From: a virus
Lineage: Duplodnaviria; Caudoviricetes
Length of the DNA stretch: 64,000 nt
IMG/VR virus record: IMGVR_UViG_3300033463_000054
Location: 30,898 to 94,897 of that record
Reading direction: 5' to 3' (one strand)
A program made the position numbers and the translations under genes. The notes below the pieces were generated by a model that was given only the letters and a program-made list of their open reading frames with translations, had not been told where the DNA came from and searched no databases. Shown here one piece after another: positions 48,528-60,113 of the stretch (its first letter is position 1; every line of letters begins with the position of its first letter).

Positions 48528-49822
48528 TTATTCATTAGTTTTAGGTCTATCAAAACCGAAGTCTATAGTATAATCATTCCTATCAACTGCACACTTAGTC
48601 AACATCCATATATTATCGAGAAATTGACCCATTTCCTCATCAGAAAAATCTGACTGAATAAGCATTTCTGCTATCTCATTCATTGTATCTGCTATAATTG
48701 TATTTTCCATAAATTAATACTCCTATCTATTAAACAATCGGCTCACTCTTTTTGACCGACTCATCATGCGGATCCACTCCGTTTATAATGTTACACATGG
48801 CGTTTTTAAACAAAACACTAGCTTCTACTTTATCGACATCTGTATAGTCACAAATATCAATCCATGATTCCAATGAATGAGACAGTCCTTGCAACACCCA
48901 ATGATCATACGAATGAATCATGCGATACTGAATAATGTCGTCGGTATTAATATAGCCAAACTCTACATCTCCATCCAAGTCCTCTATACATCTGATTATC
49001 ATAAAATATCACTTCTCCTTAAATTTACCAAATATTCAGAGCGTATCGATAACTATAGGATGTTCTCTATTTGCTTCAATAATTCTAGTAGCAAGATCAA
49101 GATACATCCAAATATCAACATGTGCAGCCAGAATGTTATCATACGCCGCAACTTGATTACCCTCGCTTATCTGACCGACATGTATATTTCCATTAAAGAA
49201 ATATAAACTATCTTCCATGTAAAGTCTTCTATCATTCTTGATAAAGTCTACATATCTAAAACATACATAAGGGTCCTCAAAACCTCCAACTTTAACCGGA
49301 ATAAAAACTTTAGGTATACCGGCACCAACGTTTATTAGAATTCTTCTATCGGGATCAAATTCGATTTTTATTGTGTTTGTCATAGTGGCTGTGTATATTG
49401 TATTCATATTCATAAATATCACTCCTCCCAAGATCCGTCATAAGCAGATGCTTCTTTAGCCATAATCCAAATAGTATCAAGAAACTTATTAATATCCTCG
49501 TTAGTGAGTTTTGAATTCATAAGTAAATTACTAATATCACTCATGGTCTGATCAATAACATCCTTAATTTTATAAGGTTCATCATTAACGGTTGCTACTA
49601 TCTTTTCTCGCTCTTGCATAAATATCAATCTCCTTCCTTCGAATCAGACATGTACACTGTTCTCGAGCATGCCGGACATTTCATATACACGTCGTAAGGA
49701 AAACACGGTGGAGTGAAATTTACCTCATTACGCCTAGCCGACCATTCACAGTCACAATCCGGACAAGTAAACTTAAACTCTTCCTTTTGGGACTTAACAT
49801 TGCCTAGTTTATGTATAGTCAT
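48528..49822 (-). other. Five small CDS (48528-48710, 48730-49002, 49036-49413, 49419-49619, 49625-49822); the last is a Zn-ribbon, and the first and fourth are paralogues
   Basis: RBS-preceded ORFs; FLDNIWM vs FLDTIWI; CPDC...CPAC. Confidence 0.65.
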
Positions 49823-49880
49823 AAACATTACTCCTTTCAAATATCAACAATGTGCGTTAAACTAAAAGAGAAAGGGGATG

Positions 49881-50858
49881 TTACTCCCCAGTCTCGTCTT
49901 TCCAAGAGTCAGGTATCTTACCTTTTTTAACTTCTCGCCTTTCATATTGATAAGCTTTCATTATTGATGTTACACTTCTTTCTAAGGTTTCATGTTCAAC
50001 AACATTCATGTCCAATTTTAATTGTAATGCAGTTATGCTTTCTTTTTCTGCATCATAATCATTTATCATGTCCACAACTTGTCGTTCATAAACTCCTCGT
50101 ATTCAAATAATGCATCAATAATCGCCTGTTTCAATACGCTTTCTTTTTCGATATTTGTCATAAAATATCAACTCCTTTCATATAAGAAGATGTATTTATT
50201 GCGACTTCACATAACCTTAAACTTCTCATCCAACGAGATCCCATATTCTGCCATCTCACCCACAAGCTGAGAGTAAATATCAACAGCGTCATATGAATCG
50301 ACTTTCATAAGGCACTTAAATCCGTCAGGACAATCAAACGACACTTCAGAATTGTCAGATGAACCCTTAAATATCACAACTGCATCAGTGAGCTCCTGCC
50401 ATTTCTTTGCGTGTGTGATCCTAGACTTCACCCGAATATCAGTCGAACCTCTAGCATCGATCTCGACGGGTACCTCATATGTCCCATCTGCTTTTGTTTC
50501 AGGGGTACGGCTAACATCATATTTAACCTTAATCATAAAATATCAACCTCTCTCTACTGCTATATTAACTAGTCTTTCTCCAGCTTTACCAACCTGAGTT
50601 ATTTCAGGACCGATTTGTGTCATAAGATCAATAAATTCCTTACGACTAATGCTCATATCAGAAAATATCATTTTTATCCGGCCTTTCATATCTTTGAACG
50701 TACGGGTAATTACACTGAGGACAACTAGTTTCCCAAATCGTTTTATCTGATTCAAAATATTTCAGATATTCGTTGCTGAGAAACCAAATATCACAATGTG
50801 AACAATAAAACATTTTAAAGTCTTCGATGTCCGCTCGTTTATCGAGTATGAATTTCAT
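49881..50858 (-). other. Cluster of small hypothetical CDS including a Zn-ribbon (50658-50858)
   Basis: ORF track; CSHC...CPQC. Confidence 0.6.
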
Positions 50859-50884
50859 AGAATATCAACCTTTCTTTAAATCTT

Positions 50885-51019
50885 TTAAATTGTATGGTCC
50901 GTAAGTTGTCCGCAGTTAGGGCATGCCATATATACTCCAAATTCCATATAATGTAGCCACGGAGGCGTAAACTTAACCTCGTCTCATTTTGCTGCCCATT
51001 CACATCTAATTACTGTCAT
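50885..51019 (-). pseudogene. Decayed paralogue of Zn-ribbon gene 49625-49822
   Basis: MTVIRCEWAAK*DEVKFTPP...VYMACPNC: in-frame TGA and an N-terminal deletion. Confidence 0.75.
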
Positions 51020-51059
51020 AAATATCAATCCTCCTTATAACTAAAAGAAGAAGAGGATG

Positions 51060-52372
51060 TTACTCCTCTTCAACATAATCATCATAGTCGTCTCGCCAAT
51101 TGTTATCATAAATTTTTCTCACATCACGAAATTCATCTGTGTCTTCAAAATACTGATCCCATGATTTTTTCCTATATTGAAGAGTCGCATTAATAGTCCT
51201 TTGTCTAGCAGCTTCTCTTTCTGCCATCCAAGGATCTATGTAATTCATTTCCTCAATAATGTCATTATATAATTTTGAATTAAGATTGATTTTCATAAGT
51301 ATTCCTCCTTTTATTTAGCGAGATTTCTCTCATATAAGGAGATGTATATGTTGCGACATAGGAATATCACATCCCTAACTCCACACTCGGATACAAACTC
51401 TTAACAATCTCATGTATCAATTCTTCTTTACCAATACCGAGTCTATTGTCTTCACCATCTTCGCTAATATACACAGGCGTTGTACTATGTTCCTCAGCAT
51501 AGTAATATAAATACATAGTTTCTTCGTTATGAATGAGTAAGAAGAACACCCCTCGAGCCTCAGGATACTTCTCACTTAACTCCTTACACTCGAAGGGAAT
51601 ATCAATACTGTCTATTATCCTAACCCATCGATCATTCATTGTTGCAAAGTCGACCATAATAGTTTCATCTGTACAAAGTTTAACATTCATAAAACATTAC
51701 TCCTTTCCATTACATAACCCTTGATCGTACATGAATTCGTCAAGATAAGCCTGCCATTCTTCTTCTGTCCAGTCTACTTGATGAGGTTTAATTTCTAATT
51801 CGTCGGTGTGATAACCACTAGTCGGAAGGAACCCTTTGGCAACGATACAGTATTTACGAGGTTCGTCACCATCATAGTCAAGGTTTCTTACTCTAATATA
51901 AAAACAATCAATTGAATTAATATTAACCCATGTACCAGTTCTAGTCCTAATGAACTTTAAGCTTCCAGAATCAATCATTGTTAGCATCCTCCTTATCTCT
52001 ATAAATAATACTCCTCGCAGCCTCAATCTCTTCTTTCAGCTGTCCATTAACGAGAAACCATTCTAAAACATTCTCTTTCTCGTCTACATCAAGGCAGTCG
52101 GTTAAATATAAATGCTCGACTTTAGAAGGCGTTTTGCTAAAGGGAGTTTTATAGCTAAGAAAATCGGATAGCCAAATACCATATTTATCCTCCACGAACG
52201 CTATCCAGAAATCCTTACTACCATACCCACAAATATCAACAAGGTCATCACTCACGACCGGATACTTGACCATGGGATGATATGTCTTTTTGTCATCGCC
52301 AGCTATCTTTGCATAAAACCAACTGTGCTGAATTTCACGATTAGAATCTATCTGTATGTCGATCATAAGCAA
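51060..52372 (-). other. Four small hypothetical CDS (51060-51296, 51367-51690, 51697-51978, 51971-52372)
   Basis: RBS-preceded, tightly packed ORFs. Confidence 0.65.
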
Positions 52373-52409
52373 TTTCCTTTCATAAATTCATAAATATCAA
52401 CTAAACGAC

Positions 52410-52604
52410 TTAATCCTTAATTAAAAAGTCCACTGACACTTTATACAAAGATGCTAACTTTTTAACGCCATCTAAGTCAGGTTTCCTATATCCGCTCTCC
52501 CAACCACACAGAGTCGACGGAGAGATACCAAGATCTTTTGCCGCATCTATGAGCCTGATACATTTATCAAGCCTCAATTGTTTAATCTTCTTAGCAATGT
52601 TCAT
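52410..52604 (-). CDS. XRE-family HTH regulator
   Basis: AAKDLGISPSTLCGWESGYRKP...YKVSVDFL. Confidence 0.9.
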   Translation of the reverse strand: MNIAKKIKQLRLDKCIRLIDAAKDLGISPSTLCGWESGYRKPDLDGVKKLASLYKVSVDFLIKD

Positions 52605-52611
52605 ATCATCA

Positions 52612-53548
52612 TTAATCCTTTCCCAAATATAAATGTCGCTTAGGAGCCTTAGATTCACCCTTAGTAACCTTCGACTGACAAATATCATTCTCCACGACAT
52701 GTTTTTCACCAGTACGATCGAGATGATTACACCAGACGAATCGCTTAATTGCTCCGCCGTCTTTGTAACCCCATTGTGCATAAATACAGTCTATGCATTG
52801 TTTGTGGTCGGAAAGCATCACGACTCACCTCCTTCTTGCAGCATCTTAGTATATCCAGTTACAATAAAGAGCTTCTTCATAGTGTCATTTAGCATTCTAA
52901 AATACTCATCACCTGACATACCCAGAAGCTCTTCAAGCCTACGATCTCTTTCCTCATTAGACATACCGTTAGGATTAATCTTAGAGAATATAAGTTCAGG
53001 TTCCTCAAGAATTCTCTCATGTATGCTAATGATCTTACACAGATCAACCTTGAGAGACAACCACGTAGCCTTTATCTGAGCAGGAATATTATCCACCACG
53101 AGAGTTAAATCCATATTGTCACGAAGAGATTTGAAACCTTCAAGCTGATTAGCAAACTCAGAAACGAGTCCATCATCATCAAGCGAACTATAGCCACTGA
53201 CTAGATCGTTTATATCCCCTTTACGACCCTGAAGTTCCAGATTAGCATTAGCGAGTTCATCAAATTCTTCCATTGTACTTTTATTAACATACATAAGACA
53301 ATTCTCCTTTATCATCAAAGATTCGGCCAAATATAAATAGTTATGTCTATGTCTTTATCGTTCTTATCAAACTCCTCATAACATACCGACGATTGACGCT
53401 TACCTATGATCGAGATTATTCCCTGATCATACTTGTAACAAGCTTCCTCCTCTTTTAGATAAGCTTTAAACTTCTCGTCATCAGGTATAACACAGCTTTC
53501 GTCTTTTCTCTTAGCATCCGTCTCGCTGTAATACAAAACCGCTCCCAT
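52612..53548 (-). other. Three hypothetical CDS (52612-52821 Cys-rich, 52818-53330, 53315-53548)
   Basis: Overlapping start/stop codons. Confidence 0.65.
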
Positions 53549-53554
53549 AGGATA

Positions 53555-54464
53555 TCAATCCTCCTCATCCAAATCAAGTTTCTCAAGCGCCCAGTCAAAT
53601 ATCCATGATGCTTTACGTTCAAGTTTACCAAATTCGTCACATAGCTCCCTGACCCTAGGCGACAGAGAGCATGCTAAATATAAAAGACTCACCGGTCCGA
53701 TGAAAGCCATGATGAAGAACACTAATTCACTCATCTTCGTCATCCTCCTCGTCATCTGAATCATCACGGTAGTTGACAGTGTATTTTTCATCGTCGCTAT
53801 TTCCATCATCCATACCGTGAATCAAATACTCATCATAGAGATTATCTATAGTCATGTCCATTAGTCATCCTCCTTTCTAACTAAATCCTTGAATGTCCAG
53901 TCTTCTATCTTGCATAGTGTTTTCTTAAGGACGTCAAGATAAAAGGCCTGTGTGATCTCCTGTGCGATTTCGTGACTCACATCTTCGTTCTTCGTAGATG
54001 CTCTTACCGGGTCCTCATTAACCTTTGTAATACCTCTAACCACGACAAATGGCAGAGCTATAAAGACACATATATAACATATGATCTTGAATGCCACGAA
54101 AACCACGAACTTAAAGGGAAACAGAATGTACTTCATACGATCAATCCTCCTTATCGTCATCCTCATTCTTCTTGTCTATCTCATCAAGCTTAGCCGTTAT
54201 ACCAAGCTTAGAATCGACGTAATCCATAAATCTATCTAAAATATCAAGGCCAATAATGTATCTCCTGACATAATCCCATATAACTGCCGACATTTTATTA
54301 GTGTCTTCATCAGTGATACGTTCATTCAAAGTGCCATTTGCAACTCCCTGAACCGCCACACGAATAATCATCAAGAAATATAAAGGCACACACAAAACAG
54401 TTAATAGTAGATTAATAAGTCCTACTATTATGTATATTATGAATAGAATTAGTTTAAATATCAT
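53555..54464 (-). other. Three small membrane proteins (53555-53734, 53861-54136, 54141-54464)
   Basis: N-terminal hydrophobic helices and acidic C-termini ending ED/EDD. Confidence 0.65.
53727..53861 (-). CDS. 44-aa highly acidic peptide not in the ORF track
   Basis: TAATG-coupled to the upstream gene; 20 of 44 residues are D/E. Confidence 0.65.
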   Translation of the reverse strand: MDMTIDNLYDEYLIHGMDDGNSDDEKYTVNYRDDSDDEEDDEDE

Positions 54465-54650
54465 ACTAACACCTCCATAAAACGAATAACGGGAAAAGAG
54501 CATGTCAACAGTCCAACTTATTGGCCTATAAGTCGAATCTGCCATTAAACTCAATTCCCTACATCCAAATCCAAGTCATAATTTAACCTCCTAAATTTAA
54601 ATTATTAACCGGTCCATAATATACGGTGTATTTTTTGCGAGGTGCGAATA

Positions 54651-56885
54651 TCAATCTATCCTTTCTTCTAACGTTCCATCGTTTATTTGCCTTCCGCATT
54701 CAGGGCAGAACTTTGGGTAATACCAGCTAGAGATCGTTTCACCGGACGCGTAAATGTAAAGTTTGTTATCTTTATCTTTAGCCGTATACAAGCTAGTCCA
54801 ACCATCATTTCCTATGAGATACTCGGTATCATTTACTTTACCCGTGCTTTTTAATGAACAAAATAGACAATCCATAAATATCAATCCTCCAGCTCATCAA
54901 TCACTATTCCATCTGTTACGACTTTAATGATTATTTCGTCATTAGTTGCCTCATAACTAATATCGCCTCTAAGTCTTTCAGCGTTTGTCTCGGGATTAAG
55001 TGACCATCCATAAAGAAAACCGATCTTCTTACGAGGAATAAGCATTAAATCAGCAAGCTCATTAACAAATATAGGTCCGCCATCAATCTTAGCACGGTCA
55101 CAAGCCTTATTAATAAAGTTTTCTATGCATAACTCGACGAATGTCATATTAATTGTACTACCATCAGCAAAATACGGACTTCTCTTATCGAATATCAATG
55201 TAATCATTCTAATTCTCCTATCAACGCATCAAGTTTTTCAACTAAATCCTCAGCTGACTGTCTGCATACTTTAAGCTGCTGAAGACATTCTTCGGTATCC
55301 CAGTATTCAGGTTTACCTTCTTCGGGATCTTTCATACAGTTAGTATAGATCATCTTTATTATTGTATATGCCGTGTTAGCCTCTCCACCACAGCAACAAA
55401 TCTTAGAAAAAGTATTCATTCACCATACCTCCTAAACATTAGCTTATCGAGGTCGTTCAAATATCCATTGAGATCGACCCTCTCTGTTAACAGCTGATCG
55501 AGAATATCATCTCTTTCCTCATTAGTAAGTGCGTACGTTATAGCTCTACCCTCAGCTATGTCCTTGGCTGTATAAGACGGTATGACCAAGAAATTAAGCA
55601 TCTTAGTCTTACCCGTTACCTTGTCTCTAAATACCACAGCCGACCAACACTGATTAGCCGCCTCCTCTATCTCGATAGGCACAAAAACAACTGGGAAATA
55701 CTCATCAAGTACCTCCCAGCCATCTTTAATTCTATAGCCAATATTCGGACAGAACTTAATTTTCCTCAACGTATCGAACTTTACTTTCATAAATATCAAT
55801 CCTCTACCTATAAACTAAAACTCACAAATTCTCATACTTATCTCTAAAGTATTCATGCTTGGTGGCTATTTCGTCCATGCAAATCTTAAATCTAAGATAT
55901 GTCCCGAGATTAATAAACTTCTTCTCATGAATATCCTCGATAATATTCTGCACGAATTCACATGTAGCCAGCATAGAGAGAAGTTTACCCTTGTCAACCG
56001 GAGTTAGCTGAGTTTTACCAAGTTCTTTCATCAGACCGTTTTTAGCCATCTCCAGAGACTTACGAGCCTTAGTTACGTTATCTAAATCCGAAGCCAGACA
56101 ATCCTCACTCAGCTCGAAGTTAAGATTGTCATCCGCCTCGAACATAGAATATACCTCTTCTCTTACTTCCTCAGGCATACTCTGAACCCTCGCTAGTATT
56201 TGCTCTATGCTGAAATCTAAGTCTTCACGATCATGTTCATTCATAAATATCAATCCTCCTTAACGTTATCCGGCAGCTTCTCCACGAGTTTCATAAGATC
56301 ACTCCTACATTTAAGAAGCTTCTTATACCACTCAAGATATGGAGCGACATCATCAATTAGTTTTTTGTGGGTTCTTGATGGTATCTTGGCTCTAAGAGTA
56401 TATCTTACCCCTCCACCACTAAGTCGATTGCAGAAATTACGGAACTGACCATAGTCTCCACCGTTCTTCTTAATCACGGTATGTACAAATCGATTGATTC
56501 TAGGATTAAATATGTCCTGTACGAAGTCAGAAGGAATAGCTACCTCGGCTTGATTAGCCATCCTAATTACCTGATCCCATACGTTATCTTTCTGAACATA
56601 CGCCCAACCATGTTTCATTCCTGAAATATCATTGCGTACAGTATCTACTTCAAGAAGAATATAACAGTCTTCATCAGGAGAATCTATAACAGTATTAAAA
56701 TCAGAACATGTTCTTACTACATGACCTGAACAGGAATACTCTGTAACATACTTCTTATCCCAGAGAACCCTGAGTAAAGGATAGATTTCCTCATCACAAG
56801 GCCACATACCATAAATATCATTGTTGCGATGATGCACACCTTTAATTATAGGATGATGACTAAGTGTTGTAACATACAAACTCAT
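54651..56885 (-). other. Six hypothetical CDS (54651-54875 Zn-ribbon, 54881-55207, 55204-55419, 55416-55790, 55822-56244, 56250-56885)
   Basis: Coupled ORFs, several starting within TGATATTTATG. Confidence 0.65.
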
Positions 56886-57133
56886 TCTTTTACCTCCTCT
56901 TTAGGTACGGCTTTGTTGTATGTGTCCAAAGCATACTCACTCCAGCCGGGAACATCGAGATCTGCCTCGTCATGCTCAACCGCTACATAAAGACAATAAG
57001 GAAGAGCATCTGACATGTTAATCTGTCCCTCCTTATACGTCTTCATGAGCTTTTCTTCTGCTTCTGTTTCGTCCTTAGCCTCAATGATGAATTCTTTGAG
57101 TCTGTATTCTTCGATTAAAGTGTAAAACTTCAT
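56882..57133 (-). CDS. DpnD/PcfM-like protein
   Basis: IEE...IEAKDETEAEEK...YKEGQI pattern. Confidence 0.55.
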   Translation of the reverse strand: MKFYTLIEEYRLKEFIIEAKDETEAEEKLMKTYKEGQINMSDALPYCLYVAVEHDEADLDVPGWSEYALDTYNKAVPKEEVKE

Positions 57134-57139
57134 AAAATA

Positions 57140-58201
57140 TCACGCTCCTTTCGCTTCGTCATAGGATTTGCTGGAAAGTTCCTCCTTAAACTTCCAGTAG
57201 TTTTTCCTCATAAATTCAGTGCCACGTGCCCAAATGAGACCAGCCTTCTCGAAACCAACGTTCTCACAGTCAGCTATGATTTCACGAGCATACTCCTTCG
57301 CATTTGAAGAAGTTTTAGTTTTGTTCGTGATGAGACCCGACTTAAGAGTAACGTTATATTTATTGTTCATATAGACAACCCTGTTACGATTCTTAAGGTC
57401 ATCCATAATAAACTTGGAGTTCTTCAGACCGAGCTTAGACAGAGCTATAGAGATATCATCTGACTTAGTCCACCCCTTGTTAAACAAGAAGCAATCCGTC
57501 GCCAGAATATAATCTCTTGTAGGATCGAGTCTACGGTAATGAGCATACGATCTTTTCTTAGACTTCGACCCGGACTTAGCTACCTTAGCAGCTTCAGCAC
57601 CCGGCTTAACCGAACCGAGTTTATGTGTTACTGTCACAGTCGGAGCAGGTTCGCTAACAGGTATAGGAGTAGGAGTCATCTCTATTATTGTATCACGATC
57701 CTCGGTGCTCTCAGTCTCCTCGTCGTCCGAAATATCATTGTCGTCGGAATATGTTATAGCCAGTCTCGAATAACTAAGAAGTCTCTCATCATGATTATGT
57801 ATCTCGTTTCTTACACTGTCAACCGTCTCAGGATCATCAAGAAAATCTTCTACGGACTGATGAATCATAGCCGCAAGATACTTCTTGAATACGTCCTTAA
57901 ACAGTTCAGGTGTGAGGAACTTATCATGAGTGTAGTTCTCTATGATGGTCGATACATTAACTGTTATGGGGCAGTCACAAATGATGTTGCTTGTCTGACC
58001 GTCAATATCCTCGAGAGAATATATCCAGTTACTACTATATTCGCCGTTATGGGTCATCTTGAGAACCACGATACGTCTGTTGTTTGATGCAATAATAAGA
58101 TAAGGTCTATTCTTAGTTATGTCACCGTTGAGTGCACTAGTGTTAATCGTTGCAAATATAATCTGACCGGGAACAAATTTACGCATGCCGTATTCTTTCA
58201 T
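57140..58201 (-). CDS. Protein with an N-terminal PemK/MazF-like domain and a long C-terminal extension
   Basis: GQIIFA...GDITKNRPYLIIASN...VVLKMT pattern. Confidence 0.5.
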   Translation of the reverse strand: MKEYGMRKFVPGQIIFATINTSALNGDITKNRPYLIIASNNRRIVVLKMTHNGEYSSNWIYSLEDIDGQTSNIICDCPITVNVSTIIENYTHDKFLTPELFKDVFKKYLAAMIHQSVEDFLDDPETVDSVRNEIHNHDERLLSYSRLAITYSDDNDISDDEETESTEDRDTIIEMTPTPIPVSEPAPTVTVTHKLGSVKPGAEAAKVAKSGSKSKKRSYAHYRRLDPTRDYILATDCFLFNKGWTKSDDISIALSKLGLKNSKFIMDDLKNRNRVVYMNNKYNVTLKSGLITNKTKTSSNAKEYAREIIADCENVGFEKAGLIWARGTEFMRKNYWKFKEELSSKSYDEAKGA

Positions 58202-58234
58202 GATTCATTACCTCCGTTTTTCTTTTTATAAATA

Positions 58235-59083
58235 TTAAAATTTATAGTCAACTGCATCTTGTCTATTTATGAAGAAATGAACACCGGATGCGCATTCATT
58301 CCATCTATTGTCATCAAAATCATTAACTTCAATAATTTCCCCGACACGATAAATAAAATCATGGTCATAATGGCTTCTAACGTTTGGAATATCAATAATA
58401 TTTCCTTCTATGTCCTGAAATTCAAGAACTATAGCTTTAGAACATCTACACTTTCTTCCCGTAGCAGACGATCTTTTAGCATCCTCGGTTATCTGTATTT
58501 TAACAATAACCTCCGCGATTTTATATTTAACTGCTTTCTTCCAACCAATAAAGGATCCACTATCAGGACAATTCATGGGAACATAAGGAATGTTTTTCGC
58601 TCCACGCAGGTCCGTTCCATACAGGTCAGTTCCATACAGGTCAGTTCCACGTAGGTTAGCTCCATACAGGTTAACTCCACGCAGGTTAGCTCCATACAGG
58701 TTAGCTCCACTCAGGTCAGTTCCACGTAGGTTAGCTCCATACAGGTTAACTCCACTCAGGTTAGCTCCATACAGGTTAACTCCACTCAGGTCAGCTCTAT
58801 ACAGGTTAGCTCCATACAGGTTAGCTCCACTCAGGTCAGTTCCACGTAGGTTAGCTCCATACAGGTTAACTCCACGCAGGTTAGCTCCACTCAGGTTAGC
58901 TCCACTCAGGTCAGTTCCACGTAGGTTAGCTCCATACAGGTTAACTCCACTCAGGTCAGCTCCATACAGGTTAACTCCACGCAGGTCAGCTCTCATATTT
59001 TCCCATCCATCAGTATCTTTCCTGATCCAATGCTGATGATTGTCAAGTATAATTTTAAGTTTTTCTTTTGAAATATTATTCAT
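58235..59083 (-). CDS. Pentapeptide-repeat protein with a DUF5758-like C-terminal domain
   Basis: About 25 (A/V/T)(N/D)LxG repeats; FIGWKK, RKCRCSKA, RWNECASGVHFF. Confidence 0.9.
   Translation of the reverse strand: MNNISKEKLKIILDNHQHWIRKDTDGWENMRADLRGVNLYGADLSGVNLYGANLRGTDLSGANLSGANLRGVNLYGANLRGTDLSGANLYGANLYRADLSGVNLYGANLSGVNLYGANLRGTDLSGANLYGANLRGVNLYGANLRGTDLYGTDLYGTDLRGAKNIPYVPMNCPDSGSFIGWKKAVKYKIAEVIVKIQITEDAKRSSATGRKCRCSKAIVLEFQDIEGNIIDIPNVRSHYDHDFIYRVGEIIEVNDFDDNRWNECASGVHFFINRQDAVDYKF
58605..58992. repeat. 15-bp tandem repeat encoding the pentapeptides
   Basis: CAGGTTAGCTCCATA-type units. Confidence 0.95.
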
Positions 59084-59110
59084 AAAATTACCTCCTAAAA
59101 TATCAATCAT

Positions 59111-59680
59111 TCATTCATAGTTCTTCTTATGCCGTTGCCCACACCAAACACCATACTGTAACGCCTGCATTTTAAGTGTGTCAGGGCTTATTCTAGTATG
59201 ATGTTTTTCGTAATGAAGTTTTGCTATTTCGCTCCAATCTTCTCCTGTTTGTTCCATCCATTTGTCAAGTTCAGTCATCTTATCAAAGGCATACCTCCAT
59301 CCATTTACTCGATTGCGTTTATTATTGCTAGGAATATCTTCAATATCCCAACGTGCCCCACATGCTCTCAGAACTAAGTAAATATAACCGTCTTCCTCAT
59401 ACTCAAGATCGATGTAGTTGTTAGTCTGAGCGTATGTATCCTCAAACACTGCACCTGATGCTTTTTCCCATCCCGGAAGATGACAAATAGCATCGCACTT
59501 ATTCAACGCACAAATATCAAGCTCGAGCATGTCTTTACGATCCCACTCCGAGTCATATCTCAGCCACGAAGGATTAAATACTGAGAAACCATACTCTTTT
59601 AGTTTCGCTTCACATCTGTCGAATGCCTCTTTGTTGTCGTTAGGATAACCTCTCATAGGTCCAGATATAAATACTTTCAT
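59111..59680 (-). CDS. DUF4406 / nucleoside deoxyribosyltransferase-fold protein
   Basis: VFISGPMRG, VFNP, CDAI..LPGWEKASGA. Confidence 0.8.
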   Translation of the reverse strand: MKVFISGPMRGYPNDNKEAFDRCEAKLKEYGFSVFNPSWLRYDSEWDRKDMLELDICALNKCDAICHLPGWEKASGAVFEDTYAQTNNYIDLEYEEDGYIYLVLRACGARWDIEDIPSNNKRNRVNGWRYAFDKMTELDKWMEQTGEDWSEIAKLHYEKHHTRISPDTLKMQALQYGVWCGQRHKKNYE

Positions 59681-59825
59681 TAGACATTACCTCCTAAAAA
59701 TATAAAGCGATAAACGAAAAAGAAGAGAGTGTCTGTATAAAAACATACATCACTCGTCTTCCATTAAAGAACGTGTATTTTTTGCGAAGTGCAAATCACG
59801 AAATAAAGAAAAAGAGAAGAGGCTG

Positions 59826-59993
59826 TTAACCTCTCATCTTGGTTATAGCCTCTATCTTCTTGAAAGAACCTTTGCCGAGCATAAGCTCAGTTATTTCTTC
59901 TTCAAACTTCTTGTCTACTACAGGCTTTGTGTTTGAAGCCATTTTCTTCATAGCTTCTATATAAAGTCTGTTCTTATCATTAGTTCTCGTCAT
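59826..59993 (-). CDS. Small hypothetical protein in its own promoter-terminator cassette
   Basis: AGGAGG RBS; promoter motif at 60032. Confidence 0.65.
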   Translation of the reverse strand: MTRTNDKNRLYIEAMKKMASNTKPVVDKKFEEEITELMLGKGSFKKIEAITKMRG

Positions 59994-60113
59994 AATAATT
60001 CCTCCTTTTGCATTAAGCAAAGTTATTCTTCTCATATAAGAATATGTAAACTTTGCGAATCGCGAATTAGACAAAAGAAGAGAGCATGAATAATCACACT
60101 CTCTTATTAAATA

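Larger units (their letters stand above)
44092..60058 (-). promoter_or_regulatory. Ten dispersed copies of a 27-bp motif TCGCA-N5-TACA-N4-CTTATATGG
   Basis: Copies begin at 44092, 45028, 45303, 45695, 46057, 50178, 51330, 54614, 59761 and 60032; all intergenic, same strand, fixed spacing. Confidence 0.85.

Noticed and set aside
49881-50161. Possible frameshifted single gene (31-aa ORF 50066-50161 plus 49881-50069)
   Set aside because: The two ORFs overlap by a normal ATGA junction; they cannot be distinguished from two coupled genes without homologues.
50885-54579. Stop-codon reassignment suggested by in-frame TGA/TAG
   Set aside because: Long genes are intact under the standard code, and TGA and TAG both terminate many well-supported genes.
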